From Candidatus Thalassarchaeum betae (GTDB lineage: Archaea > Thermoplasmatota > Poseidoniia > Poseidoniales > Thalassarchaeaceae), in the NCBI GenBank assembly GCA_003193925.1, contig PSPG01000008.1, positions 64,001 through 128,000 of the forward strand: a DNA stretch of 64,000 nt, in the 5' to 3' direction. Under the pieces are notes generated by a model. It did no database searches. It worked only from the letters and a program-made list of their open reading frames with translations, and was not told the origin of the DNA. A program made the position numbers and the translations under genes. Every line of letters starts with the position of its first letter. Position 1 is the stretch's first letter. Below are positions 39,835 through 50,276 of this stretch, in pieces.

Positions 39835-41007
39835 ATGGTGAGAACTCTCGTACTCACGGTTGACAGGGACAACGACCTCGGGGTCAAAGCCGGCATCCGC
39901 GGTCCGGTCATCGGTCGCAAGGCCACTTTGACAGCGGCCTTGCGTCTGGGCATCGCGGATCCCGAGGAGTCGGACACCAACGCGATCCTGGGGGCTCTGC
40001 GCCACCACGACAGGCTGGTCGAGAACGCGCAGGGCAACGATGAGATCGAAATCGCCCTGCTGACCGGCGATGTAAGGGTCGGGCCGCGCAGCGACCGGGC
40101 CATCGCGATGCAACTGGACGAGATTATCCAGGAGTTCCAGCCCGACTCGGCCGTGCTGGTCACCGACGGGGCCGACGACGAGGCTTCGCTTCCGATCATC
40201 ACCTCAAGGGTGCGGGTCGACCACGTCGAGAAGATCATCGTAAGGCAGTCGAAGGGCATCGAGAGCACGTACTACTATGTCGCCAAGGCGATTGACGACC
40301 CGCGTTGGCGGGCCAAACTGCTCGTTCCGGTGGCCGTCTTCCTGATGATCATCGGCCTCGGCCTGATCATCCCCGGAGGCGGGGCGCTGATCGGCGCCAT
40401 GCCGCTGTTCATCGGTATCTGGCTCCTAGCCAAGGGGCTTGGCTGGGAGCAGCAGCTGGAGCGCCTGATGATCGACATGAGGGACAGTGCGACCGGGGGG
40501 ATATGGTCGTCCCTGCTGTGGGGGCTGTCCATCGTCTCCGTGCTGCTGGCGGTACTCACAGCGTACCAGGTGTTCACTGCCTCGAGCACCGAAATCGACG
40601 CCTACGTCGCTTGGCTGGCCCTCGCTGATTTCAACGTGGACGCAGTGAACAGCGATCTCACGGTATGGGCCATCGCAGTCAACGAGGCTCTGACGTGGAT
40701 CGTCGTCTCGGCGTTCTCCTTCGCCCTGTCCCTGGGTGTGCTGCGCTGGAAGGAGGGGAGCTTCACCGGACGCAGCCTGTTGCTGCTCGGGCTGGGCATT
40801 GTGGTCTACACCTTCGCCAAGGCGACCTTGGTGGTCATCCTCATCGAGATGGGGGGCGCCGACTACAGCCTCGACTACCAGAGCGTCTCCGACACCTGGG
40901 GGATGCCTGTGTTCACAATCATCCTGTACTACCTGCTGAGGACCGCAGTGCAGTCCGTCACGGAGGAAGAGGGCGTCAGCGGGGAGAACAGGTTCTGGGG
41001 CGTCTGA
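39835..41007 (+). CDS. DUF373 family archaeal membrane protein
   Basis: 'LVLTVDRDNDLG.K', 'DPEESDTN', 'TDGADDE', 'VRQS..IESTYY'. Confidence 0.92.
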   Translation: MVRTLVLTVDRDNDLGVKAGIRGPVIGRKATLTAALRLGIADPEESDTNAILGALRHHDRLVENAQGNDEIEIALLTGDVRVGPRSDRAIAMQLDEIIQEFQPDSAVLVTDGADDEASLPIITSRVRVDHVEKIIVRQSKGIESTYYYVAKAIDDPRWRAKLLVPVAVFLMIIGLGLIIPGGGALIGAMPLFIGIWLLAKGLGWEQQLERLMIDMRDSATGGIWSSLLWGLSIVSVLLAVLTAYQVFTASSTEIDAYVAWLALADFNVDAVNSDLTVWAIAVNEALTWIVVSAFSFALSLGVLRWKEGSFTGRSLLLLGLGIVVYTFAKATLVVILIEMGGADYSLDYQSVSDTWGMPVFTIILYYLLRTAVQSVTEEEGVSGENRFWGV

Positions 41008-41424
41008 TCACGACTCGAATGTCGTGTCCATCATGCATGCGGGGCACGTCACCCTGATTGGGCGGGTGTCGGGGATGCCCAGCGCGGAGTTGCAGTGAGG
41101 GCAGACTATGGCCTGTGTGGCCCTCTCCTGACGTGCCTTGCCGGTGTGGCTGGGGTCGTACCTGAATCGGTATTTGTGCGAGTCCTCGATGAAGTCGGGG
41201 CTGCCTTCCTTCTTCTTGTTCGGCTCCTTGAACTTGGACTCTCGTTTAGGGGCGGCGGCGGGTTGATTCTGATTGAAGCCACCGCTCTGGAAGTTCTCTA
41301 TCTCGGCTTCGATCCCCTCGACGGTCATCCCCAAATCACGGGCGGCCTTGTCCACGGCGAGCTTGCGCTCGTAGTCGGACAGACCGATGAAATGCTGGAG
41401 GATGGTCGCGGGAATCTTCGCCAT
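41008..41424 (-). CDS. Hypothetical protein with C-terminal zinc ribbon
   Basis: 'CPHC-x14-CPAC'; ATG 41424 preceded by GGAG. Confidence 0.75.
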   Translation of the reverse strand: MAKIPATILQHFIGLSDYERKLAVDKAARDLGMTVEGIEAEIENFQSGGFNQNQPAAAPKRESKFKEPNKKKEGSPDFIEDSHKYRFRYDPSHTGKARQERATQAIVCPHCNSALGIPDTRPIRVTCPACMMDTTFES

Positions 41425-41528
41425 GCGCTCGCTCCGTTCGACCCGAGATATCCTACCTCTTTGAATATCAACCCGTTCCCGTTCGCAGAGCAGTATCGCT
41501 AAGAGCGTTCGATTGCGATTGCCCCCCG

Positions 41529-42758
41529 ATGTTCCCGGAATGCATCGAGTGTCGCGGCACTCGAGGAATGTGCGGAATCTCCCCCTGTCCCCTGCTCGCT
41601 GACATCCGGGGCAGGTTGCCGGCGGCCGCGACGAGTTCGGTGAGCGAGTTGGTCGGCCCGAGCCCGCCCTCGCTGTTCGTAGGGAGGTACGGTTATCCCA
41701 AGGTGCGGACCGGCCCCAGCGCCGCATGGCTGGCTGACGAGGATGCGGATGCCGCCCCGCTGGTGAGCGGCGACCCAGCCGACCTCTTCGGAAGGCCACT
41801 GGAGGAGGTCGCTGCTCGTCACGCCAACCTAATCACCGGTGGGAGCGCGATGTCGGTGGAGAGCCCACGCTCGCCCGACGCCATGCTAGAGACGACGCAG
41901 CAGATAGCCATGGCCGAGAGCAGCGTCGACATCGAGCTGGACTTCGCCAAGCCCATCATGGTGGGCATGAATCCGACGTTCGACAGCATGAGCACCCCCC
42001 TAGGACCCTCAGGCGAGGTCCTACGGGCTGAGGTGGTGGGCCATGTCAGCATTCCGAGGAAGGTCGATGCGGTGGCCAACGAGGACGACCTGCTTGCTGT
42101 CGATGCCATGGATGAGCTGACAGAGGCCTCGATCGGCGAGGCTCAGATTTCCCGCCTGCTCTCCTCGGGCTTGCTGGGTCGCGAAGGCAGCAGGAAACTA
42201 GTGCCGACAAGATGGAGCATCACAGCCACCGACGACATGCTCAGCAAGCGGCTGTGGGAGAGAGTCAGGGAGCACCCTTCCCTAGACAAGGTGCTGGTCT
42301 ACGAGGCGACTTATCTCGACAACATCTTCCACATCATCCTCACTCCCGGGCTCTGGGCCTTCCACATGCTCGAGGCATGGACGCGGGGCTCGGTATGGAC
42401 TGGGACTGGCAAGGTGCTGGGAGACTGGGAGGACCTCAAGCCGCGCAGCGAGTATGCGCACAGGATCACCGGAGCCTACTACTCTGCTAGACTGGGAGTG
42501 CTGGAGCAGATGGACTCGATGAGGCGCTCCGGCGCCTGCTTGCTCTGGCGAGACATCGGACCGGGCTACTGGGCGCCTGTCGGGGTCTGGCTGATCCGCG
42601 AGACCGTTCGCGAGGCGATGAAGCAGGCCCCGAAGCAGTTCGATTCCCTCAAGCAGGCCGTCGACTACGTTGCCCCGAGGGTCTCGGCTCCTGACGACCT
42701 GCGCAACAGCTGGTTCGTGAAGAGGAGTCGGCAGACCACGCTGGACTCGTTCGAGTGA
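41529..42758 (+). CDS. nreA: Archaeal DNA repair protein NreA (DUF650/651)
   Basis: 'CIECRG...CG...CP', 'SPPSLFVGRYGYPKV', 'LVPTRWSITATD', C-terminal PIP box 'QTTLDSF'. Confidence 0.92.
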   Translation: MFPECIECRGTRGMCGISPCPLLADIRGRLPAAATSSVSELVGPSPPSLFVGRYGYPKVRTGPSAAWLADEDADAAPLVSGDPADLFGRPLEEVAARHANLITGGSAMSVESPRSPDAMLETTQQIAMAESSVDIELDFAKPIMVGMNPTFDSMSTPLGPSGEVLRAEVVGHVSIPRKVDAVANEDDLLAVDAMDELTEASIGEAQISRLLSSGLLGREGSRKLVPTRWSITATDDMLSKRLWERVREHPSLDKVLVYEATYLDNIFHIILTPGLWAFHMLEAWTRGSVWTGTGKVLGDWEDLKPRSEYAHRITGAYYSARLGVLEQMDSMRRSGACLLWRDIGPGYWAPVGVWLIRETVREAMKQAPKQFDSLKQAVDYVAPRVSAPDDLRNSWFVKRSRQTTLDSFE

Positions 42759-43403
42759 TCAGCGCGACTTCTTGAGGAAGCCGCCGACGATCTCGCTCTC
42801 GGCCTTGACCAACTGCTCGGCCACAGTCGACTTGGACAGACCCAACTTGGAGGCGAGCCCCCTGATTGAAATCTTCTTTGGGACCTCGTACCAACCGTGC
42901 CGGTGAGCGATCTTGATGATTCTGTACTGCTGCAGGGTCGGGCCCTTCTGGACTATTCCCTCTGAATCCTTGGCCTTGGTGATGCGATCGACGGGTATCG
43001 CCCTCCTGAGCGCATTGAGGAAGGACACCAAGGAGGCCTGTCGGCCGGCGACCTGGATGATCAGCCCGCTCGATGTGATATTGCTCCCAGCGAGCAGAGT
43101 AAGGTCGCGAGAATGGAAGAACCGTCCGAGGAAGTCAGAATCGAAGTCGAGGATCACCAAGTGGTGGGTCAGATAGTCCGTGCTCCACTCTTCGATGATC
43201 TCCACGACTGTGATTCCTCCGACGCTGAAGCCTGGCGAAGGGCACCCTGCATCGGTGGTTATGCACTCGCACATCACGCGTAGGTTTCCGTCTACCTGGT
43301 CCAGTACTCCGCGGTAGTCCCAACTCACCGCTTGGAGGGCTGCTCGCGCCCTCGGGTCATGCACGATAGAGGGAATCGCGCACTCGACCCTGACGGCTCT
43401 CAT
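42759..43403 (-). CDS. Bacterio-opsin activator-type (HTH_10) transcription regulator
   Basis: 'TLQQ...AHRHGWYEVPKKISIRGLASKLGLSKSTVAEQLVKAE'. Confidence 0.88.
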   Translation of the reverse strand: MRAVRVECAIPSIVHDPRARAALQAVSWDYRGVLDQVDGNLRVMCECITTDAGCPSPGFSVGGITVVEIIEEWSTDYLTHHLVILDFDSDFLGRFFHSRDLTLLAGSNITSSGLIIQVAGRQASLVSFLNALRRAIPVDRITKAKDSEGIVQKGPTLQQYRIIKIAHRHGWYEVPKKISIRGLASKLGLSKSTVAEQLVKAESEIVGGFLKKSR

Positions 43404-43470
43404 AGGAGGTCCTCAGAGAATCGAGTCTCACCCGAGGTTATGAAAATACTTCATTGCTGCTCGTCTCGGC

Positions 43471-46400
43471 TCAATTTCTCCCTCTGCGCACCTTCTCCTC
43501 GTTCCTCACGATGGCCCTTGCCACCTCCGGTGAGTAACCGAGGTCGGACAGGTCTCGCACTTCCTTCTCGGGTGTATTCAGAGCGTGGGATGAGCCCGAG
43601 CGCATCGATTCCTCGACAGACCGGGTTTGGTCTGCGAGCTCGTACCGTCCTCGTCCTCTCTGGGAGGACAGGACCATTCCTGCTAGCAGCAGGACCGTCA
43701 GGCTGCCGATGATCAACGTCATGAAGGCGTTGCTGCGCAGCGTGTGTAGTATCCTGCCGGAGACGTGGTCGTCCTCTATCGAGTCCATGCAGCCGTCGCC
43801 GTCGATGTCGTTGTCCGAGTTGGAGTTCCAGTTGATTAGGCCCAGTGGGCAGCTGTCCTCGGAGTCCGGCACCCCGTCGCCGTCGTCGTCCCAGTCCTCG
43901 GTCTCGTCGTCGCAGCCGTCCCTGTCGTAGTCCGAGTTCACCGTCATGCTGTTCGGGCACTGGTCATCGGCGTCGAGGACGTTGTCGCCGTCGTCGTCCC
44001 AGTCCTCGGTCTCGTCGTCGCAGCCGTCCCTGTCGAAGTCGGTGATGAGAGTCGATACCCAATCCGAGGTTGGGTCGCCCTCGCAGTTGTCGAAGGCCGA
44101 CTCGATGCCGTCGTTGTCGAGGTCGTTGTCCTCGGTGTAGTCGTCGCAGCCGTCGCCGTCGAGGTCGGTGTGGGACTCGGCTGTTAGCACGCTGCGCACG
44201 CAGCTGTCCTCGAAGTCGGAATAGCCGTCACCGTCGTCGTCGCTGTCCTCGTTGGCGTCGTTGCAGCCGTCGGAGTCCCAGTCGTTGAGCGGGGTCGAGA
44301 TCCAACCGAGCATGCCCCTCGGGCACTCATCGAACTCGCCCAGCACGCCATCGTTGTCGATGTCCATGTCCTCGGCGACGTCGTGGCATCCGTCTGAGTC
44401 GTAGTCGCTCGACGGATCGGAGAACCACAGGGTCATGCCCAGCGGGCAGAGGTCGTCGGCGTCGGTGACGCCGTCGTTGTCGTCGTCCTCGTCCTCCTGG
44501 AGGTCGTGGCAGCCGTCGCCGTCGTGGTCGAAGATGGTGCTGCTCCACCCCACGACGCCCACGGGGCAGTCGTCCTCGGCGTCGGGGTACGGGTCGTTGT
44601 CGTCGTTGTCGTCCTCGTCGGCGTCGCGACAGCCGTCGCCGTCGTGGTCCTCGGCGAAGGAGCCCCAGTACTGCGCGCCGTTAGGACACAGGTCGAGGTA
44701 GTTCTCGACGCCGTCGCCGTCGGTGTCCGGGTCCTCGTGGAGGTCGTCGCACCCGTCAGCGTCCAGATCGACGTGCTCACCCATGTAGCCGGACGGGCAT
44801 GAGTCATAGGCGTCGGGATAAGCATCGTTGTCGTCGTTGAGGTCCTCGGAGGCGTCTCTGCAGCCGTCGCCGTCGTGGTCGGTGTCGATGTCCGAGGTCC
44901 AGCCGGTCTCGCCGAACTGGCAGTCGTCCTCGTCGTCGGTGACGCCGTCGCCGTCATCGTCGTTCCAGTCGGCCTCGTTGACGAGGTTGACCAAGATGGT
45001 CTTGCTAGTCGTAGCCTCGGCCTTGGTGGAGGAAGTCACGGTGACGGTCAGGTGGAACGTCTGGTCATCGTTGACCTCCTGCAGGCTCGGAGCGCGCAGG
45101 AACAGGTCGAGGTCGCTCGTGGTACCCTCGATCAGGGTCGTGGTAGACTGGTACGACTTCGAGAAGCCGACGTCGACGAACCAGTCATCCGGGGCGCCAT
45201 GCGCATCTGTGATCACGATGTCACTGCCACCCGATACCCTGATTCCGCGGAGCATCATCTCCACGTTGGTGGACTCGCCGGGCCCTAGGGTGATCTCGTC
45301 TGGCTGGGCGGGGGCCAACTCGATGACCATGTTGTAGACGTTCTCGGACCACATGCAGACGTCCCACCTGTCCGCTGAGGACGAGGTCTCGGAGCAGTCG
45401 GGCGTGGTCCAGATGATCTCCCTGTCGGGCCAGTCGAAGTTGACGATTGGCTGGGAGCTGCTGTCGAGACCGGTTCCGAAGACGCCCATCAGGTTGTCAG
45501 TGCTGGTGGCGATGATGCGGGTGTTGATGACCCCATAGGCCTGCTCGAGGGTCCGACCCAGTGGCATCTCGCCGTCTTCCAACTGCGGCGACACGATGCG
45601 GGTCCAGCGCAACTCGACCCTGCTGTTCTCGTCACCGGTACCCGACATCGACTCGAACCAGGTGATATGGATCGAGCCGTCGTTGTCGAAGTCGACCCGG
45701 GGGTTGGAGCCCCAAGTCATGTCGGAGCCTATTACAGCTGAATCAGTTACCACTGCGACTTGACTCATTTCTAGGCCATCAGCCTCGCCGTCGAGTGCAC
45801 CAGCGCGGTCGAGGTCAATCTGCATGTAGTGCAACTGCGACGGGCCGACCTTGCTGGGAATCGTAGAGCGACCATCTACCCAGACGACGTGGATATTGCC
45901 ATCATCGTCCACGTTGACATCTGGGCTGGAACTCCAACCGTGGCCATTGGTAAGGCGCGTGTCGTTGACCAGCACGAAGTGGCCTATTGTCCCCCAACCA
46001 CTGCCGTCTTCCTGCCAGACGTAGTCAAGCGCGGGTCCGATGTCCTCCACATACTGGCCGGTGTCTGGATCAATTGACGTGGCTGAATCGCCAGGCCTCC
46101 AGGTTGTACGCGGGTTGTTGAGAAGTGAATATGGATTTAGTACGGTGAGGAATGTTTCTGTCGAGCCGGTGCCAGAGGTGAGAGCGATGATCGACTGAAC
46201 CAGCGCCTGCATCTCCTCGGTGTAGTTAGCGAGCGGGACGACGACATCATCGATCCAGACAGCGTCGCTGCCTGCGCTGACGCTGCCGTCCTTGACGTAG
46301 GCCCACTTCAGAGTGTGCTGGCCGAGTGAGACCGGAGTGGAGAAGTTGCCACTCTGCGAGCCTGACCACTGGGCGATCTGAGCGCCGTCGATGGAGAAGG

Positions 46401-48633
46401 TCAGGAAGTCGTAGTTCGCCTCCGACGAGACGTTGTAGGCGAAGGTGACGGTGCCGTTGGAAAGCACCCCGGTGAACTCCAGATTGGTGTTGTCGCCGTC
46501 GGAAATATCTCCGGATCTGGCCGAGTACGCACCTGAGATGGGGGTCGAGGGGGGATTGGACGAAGAGACGTACGAGTAGTCAGCCGATACCGAGGTTCCT
46601 CCGTCGCCGTAGGTGTCATTCAGGTAAATTGTGTAATTCCCTGCGCCGGTGAAACTTACCAGAACCCCATTGTAGTAATTGTAGACAGTGCTGCTATTGA
46701 ATGAAGCAACTGTTCCATCGGGTAGAATGACATCCATGCTGAATTCGGATGCCCAGTTGTCCACGGTTACCGTCAGGTCGGCTGTGACCCCGGCGGGTTG
46801 CGTGTAGTTGCACGACACAGAGTAGAACGACGGGTTGTTTGTGGTCCCCCCGATATCGCACAGGTTGGCTTGAGAGTAGACGTTGCCGTTGTTGGCCGCT
46901 TCCACGTACCACATCGAGGTCCCGGACACGCCCCAGCCGTTGGTCAGGTAGCCCGACTCGAAGTCGCCCTCGAAGTTAGCCATGTTGTCGGTCGGGTAGA
47001 GGAACATGTCGCCTTCCGCATCTGTGGTGTTGACCGCGGAGTCGTCACAGGTTCTGTCCTGTATCCCCGTGGTGTTGGAAGCGCACTGAGCGAGATCCAT
47101 CATGTGAGAGCGGACGTGTGTGTCATTTGCCCATATCGTGCTCGCGCCGTAGGAGGTGGTGCCAGCCACCGGGATGGGGATGATGCCGGCGCTGACGCAG
47201 GCATCGTGGGCCTCGCTGATGCTCTGGTAATCGTTTGCCTCCTGAGCCTGATAGCCGTTGCCCGAGCCGCCGTACGGGCCCTCGTCTGAGACCGGGATGA
47301 CCAGTTTGGTGGCGTTGGGATTCCACTTGTGGTCAGCGGCCGTGGCCGGGTTGCCCGGGGTCATGCCCGAGTTGTCCCGCCAAGACAGGCATGCCCAGGT
47401 CGAGCCGGGGCCCCACATCTCGCTGTTGTAACCCCAATCTGGCGGGATGGTGAGTGAGGAGTTGTTGTACATGACAGCGTCCAGGGTGCGGATTCCCCCC
47501 GTCGTGTCAGATGAGTTCTGTCCGAGGTACGAGGTTCTGGGTCCCTCAGAGCCGCTGCCACCGATTATGTAGCCATCTTCGCAGTTCTTGTGCGTAGCAG
47601 CGTGGGACATCTGCCCGCTGATGGCGTAAAGAGTCTCGAGAACGGTGATGCTGGCCTGCTCGAGCAGCGGCTTGACTCCCTGGAAGTACTCGCCGCTGGT
47701 CAGGTTGCCACCGTAGAACACAGCGCAGATATCCTCCCACTCCGCGGTCATCGAGCCGGAGGAGTCGAGCAGCGCGACGTACTCGACGAGGCTGCCTCGC
47801 GTGTCCTCCCAGACCACGATGACGGTGTTGTTGGCTCCCATCGATATTGCCGGGTTGCCCTTGAACCCGAGTGCCGGTGTGATGATCGAGTTGTTGATCT
47901 GGACGGAGAAGTTCCCCGACGAGTCGTATGTCAGCATCGTGTAGTAAATCAGCGGGGTGCCGAAGTACAGCCCCTGCGAGTCGTAGGTGTCGACCCAGAC
48001 CACGTGAGCCCCGTCGTAGGAGTCGATGGCGATGTCGGGGTCGTCGCGCACTCCGGTGCCGTCTGCGACGGTGTAGGAGACCAGCGTCATGTTGGCGATG
48101 TCGCCGGAATCGCCGTCCCGGTCGTCCAAAGCGGGGTCGATAAGGGTGTACAGGATCTCGAGGTCGGTTATCGCCCAGACGATGTGAGCCCGGTTGTTAG
48201 AGTCGACCACCAGAGACGGGCTGGAGATGGCTGAGGAGCTGTTGGAGCCGATCAGGGTGTTGGATATCAGCACGGCATCGACGCCAGTGGTGGCTATCAG
48301 AGCGTACTGGAGAAGCGGCTGGGAGCCGTTCTCGATCCACACCAGATGGACTCTGCTCTGGTTGTCCATGACGCCTGTGACCTCGACCGGGTTCGATGTG
48401 TTGAGGCTCGACATCAGCGTCTGCGTGGAGCTGTCGTTCAGCGTGTTGTTGGCCGTGTCGTGCCGACTCTCGACTGGTTCGAGGAAGGAGGGGTCGGTCG
48501 ACATCGAGGGCGCGAACACAGAGGCTACCATCAGGAAGGACAGGAAGAGCGTCAGATGCGTCTTCCGGGTATTCTCGTTTCTAACACGCCTCAGCGGCGG
48601 GCAATCATATGTTGGGGCGGGCTGTCGAACCAT
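43471..48633 (-). CDS. Giant cell-surface protein: propeller-like repeats, vWA-like domain, thrombospondin type-3-like Ca-binding repeats, C-terminal TM
   Basis: Signal-like hydrophobic N-terminus; 'HxVW' repeats; MIDAS 'LLDSSGSM'; about a dozen 'D.D.DGC.D..ED.DDD.DG..D..D.CP' units; TM 'AFMTLIIGSLTVLLLAGMVL'. Confidence 0.88.
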   Translation of the reverse strand: MVRQPAPTYDCPPLRRVRNENTRKTHLTLFLSFLMVASVFAPSMSTDPSFLEPVESRHDTANNTLNDSSTQTLMSSLNTSNPVEVTGVMDNQSRVHLVWIENGSQPLLQYALIATTGVDAVLISNTLIGSNSSSAISSPSLVVDSNNRAHIVWAITDLEILYTLIDPALDDRDGDSGDIANMTLVSYTVADGTGVRDDPDIAIDSYDGAHVVWVDTYDSQGLYFGTPLIYYTMLTYDSSGNFSVQINNSIITPALGFKGNPAISMGANNTVIVVWEDTRGSLVEYVALLDSSGSMTAEWEDICAVFYGGNLTSGEYFQGVKPLLEQASITVLETLYAISGQMSHAATHKNCEDGYIIGGSGSEGPRTSYLGQNSSDTTGGIRTLDAVMYNNSSLTIPPDWGYNSEMWGPGSTWACLSWRDNSGMTPGNPATAADHKWNPNATKLVIPVSDEGPYGGSGNGYQAQEANDYQSISEAHDACVSAGIIPIPVAGTTSYGASTIWANDTHVRSHMMDLAQCASNTTGIQDRTCDDSAVNTTDAEGDMFLYPTDNMANFEGDFESGYLTNGWGVSGTSMWYVEAANNGNVYSQANLCDIGGTTNNPSFYSVSCNYTQPAGVTADLTVTVDNWASEFSMDVILPDGTVASFNSSTVYNYYNGVLVSFTGAGNYTIYLNDTYGDGGTSVSADYSYVSSSNPPSTPISGAYSARSGDISDGDNTNLEFTGVLSNGTVTFAYNVSSEANYDFLTFSIDGAQIAQWSGSQSGNFSTPVSLGQHTLKWAYVKDGSVSAGSDAVWIDDVVVPLANYTEEMQALVQSIIALTSGTGSTETFLTVLNPYSLLNNPRTTWRPGDSATSIDPDTGQYVEDIGPALDYVWQEDGSGWGTIGHFVLVNDTRLTNGHGWSSSPDVNVDDDGNIHVVWVDGRSTIPSKVGPSQLHYMQIDLDRAGALDGEADGLEMSQVAVVTDSAVIGSDMTWGSNPRVDFDNDGSIHITWFESMSGTGDENSRVELRWTRIVSPQLEDGEMPLGRTLEQAYGVINTRIIATSTDNLMGVFGTGLDSSSQPIVNFDWPDREIIWTTPDCSETSSSADRWDVCMWSENVYNMVIELAPAQPDEITLGPGESTNVEMMLRGIRVSGGSDIVITDAHGAPDDWFVDVGFSKSYQSTTTLIEGTTSDLDLFLRAPSLQEVNDDQTFHLTVTVTSSTKAEATTSKTILVNLVNEADWNDDDGDGVTDDEDDCQFGETGWTSDIDTDHDGDGCRDASEDLNDDNDAYPDAYDSCPSGYMGEHVDLDADGCDDLHEDPDTDGDGVENYLDLCPNGAQYWGSFAEDHDGDGCRDADEDDNDDNDPYPDAEDDCPVGVVGWSSTIFDHDGDGCHDLQEDEDDDNDGVTDADDLCPLGMTLWFSDPSSDYDSDGCHDVAEDMDIDNDGVLGEFDECPRGMLGWISTPLNDWDSDGCNDANEDSDDDGDGYSDFEDSCVRSVLTAESHTDLDGDGCDDYTEDNDLDNDGIESAFDNCEGDPTSDWVSTLITDFDRDGCDDETEDWDDDGDNVLDADDQCPNSMTVNSDYDRDGCDDETEDWDDDGDGVPDSEDSCPLGLINWNSNSDNDIDGDGCMDSIEDDHVSGRILHTLRSNAFMTLIIGSLTVLLLAGMVLSSQRGRGRYELADQTRSVEESMRSGSSHALNTPEKEVRDLSDLGYSPEVARAIVRNEEKVRRGRN

Positions 48634-48708
48634 GCTTGGCCAAAGCCAGGCATACCCATAGTAGGGTCGCCGGACAGGTCCGCTAAAGCCCGATTCCAGC
48701 GTTTTTCG

Positions 48709-49944
48709 TCAGGAGAGGAGGGCATCGATGCGCTCATCGTGGATGCGCTCCCAGGAGAAGTGCCCATCGTCGGTCGGGGGGCGCGCGAAGTGACCCCCTG
48801 TGGCCGTGGCTAGGAAGATGGGGCGCTTCAGGTCGAGGTCCGCGACAATCGCTGCCGGACGGAAGTCAAAGACTTCCGAGACTCGGGCCTTCAACTCGAT
48901 GTCGCTGAGCTTGCCGGTCCCGATAGTGTCCACTCGCAGGCTGACGGGATTGGCCTCACCGATCACGTAGGCCACCTGGATCTCACAGTGCTCGGCCAAG
49001 CCTGCCGCGACCACGTGCTTGGCCGCCCAGCGCGCGCAGTAGGCCGCTGAGCGGTCGACCTTGCTCGCGTCCTTGCCGCTGAACGCGCCGCCACCGTGCC
49101 TGCACATGCCGCCGTACGCGTCGACGACTATCTTGCGTCCGGTGATACCGGCGTCCGAGTACGGGCCACCCGGGTCGGCGAAGCGGCCGGTGCCGTTGAC
49201 TACCAGCCTGTAGCCGTGCTGCAGCCAGCGCGCGGGAATCGCATGCTCGACCACGTGCTCGCGCACCTGCGCGGTGACGAACTCACGCTCGGCTTCCTCG
49301 GAGTCGTCGAAGCGCTCCTTGAGGGCTGCATCGTGCTGTACTGCGACAACCACGGTCCTGACGCAGTTGGGCGCGCCGTCCTCGTACTCCACTGTGACCA
49401 TGCTCTTGCCGTCGGGGCGCATCCAAGGAATCTCGCCACTGCGCTGGATGATGTCCAAGCGGCGGGTGATCCGCTGTGCCAGAGCCGCGGCGACGGGGAA
49501 GTATCGGTCACGCAGCTCGTCGTCCTGCTCGGTCTCTGTGCAGGCATAGCCGAACATCATGCCTTGGTCGCCCGCGCCCTGTGAGTCCGGGTCGCCGCCA
49601 TCGACGCCCTGGCTGATGTCCGGCGACTGGGTGGTGATGTGCAGTTGGACATCGCAGAGCTCGATTGAGGTGGCGTCCATGCCGATGGCGTGGTCGTTGT
49701 AACCGATGTCGGCGGCGGTCTGGCGCGCGATGGCCTCGTAGTCCGGCGCATCGCCGTCCAGGCTGACCTCTCCAGCGAGGATGATGACGGAGCCATCGGC
49801 TCTGCCCTTCACGAGCGTCTCCACGGCCACGCGAGCGTTTGGGTCGACTGTCAGACAGGCATCGACAATCGCGTCCGAGATGGAGTCGCATATCTTGTCA
49901 GGGTGGCCGGAGGCCACCGACTCGGAGGTGAACATGGCCGCCAT
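48709..49944 (-). CDS. metK: S-adenosylmethionine synthetase, bacterial/eukaryotic type
   Basis: 'FTSESV..GHPDKICD', 'GAGDQGMMFGYA', 'GGGAFSGKD.SKVDRS'. Confidence 0.96.
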   Translation of the reverse strand: MAAMFTSESVASGHPDKICDSISDAIVDACLTVDPNARVAVETLVKGRADGSVIILAGEVSLDGDAPDYEAIARQTAADIGYNDHAIGMDATSIELCDVQLHITTQSPDISQGVDGGDPDSQGAGDQGMMFGYACTETEQDDELRDRYFPVAAALAQRITRRLDIIQRSGEIPWMRPDGKSMVTVEYEDGAPNCVRTVVVAVQHDAALKERFDDSEEAEREFVTAQVREHVVEHAIPARWLQHGYRLVVNGTGRFADPGGPYSDAGITGRKIVVDAYGGMCRHGGGAFSGKDASKVDRSAAYCARWAAKHVVAAGLAEHCEIQVAYVIGEANPVSLRVDTIGTGKLSDIELKARVSEVFDFRPAAIVADLDLKRPIFLATATGGHFARPPTDDGHFSWERIHDERIDALLS

Positions 49945-50030
49945 GGTCCCGCATGCGGACCATTCCCCTTGATGAGTTTTCGGAGATTGGCAACCGCAGT
50001 AGCGAAAGCGCGATGCGTCGTCCGAGTCTC

Positions 50031-50276
50031 ATGGGCAGGGTCGAGGCGGAGATTGTCTGGACTGGCTCCAGAGCGCGTGCAGAGGCCCTGTTGGCGGCCG
50101 TGGCGCCCGATGACCCCGAGTCATTCGACGCCGAGATCGTCGATGTCGGAGGAAGTTCGGAATTGCGGATTCGTGTCATTGGCGAGAAGCTCAAGACGGT
50201 GCGCTCGACGGTGGACGACCTCTTGGCGTGCCTCGCTGCAGCAGAGTCGGGTCTCGACGTCATCGACGGGGCTTGA
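50031..50276 (+). CDS. pcc1: KEOPS complex Pcc1-like subunit
   Basis: 81 aa; 'AEALLAAVAPDD...LRIRV...LKTVRSTVDDLLACLAAAE'. Confidence 0.75.
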   Translation: MGRVEAEIVWTGSRARAEALLAAVAPDDPESFDAEIVDVGGSSELRIRVIGEKLKTVRSTVDDLLACLAAAESGLDVIDGA

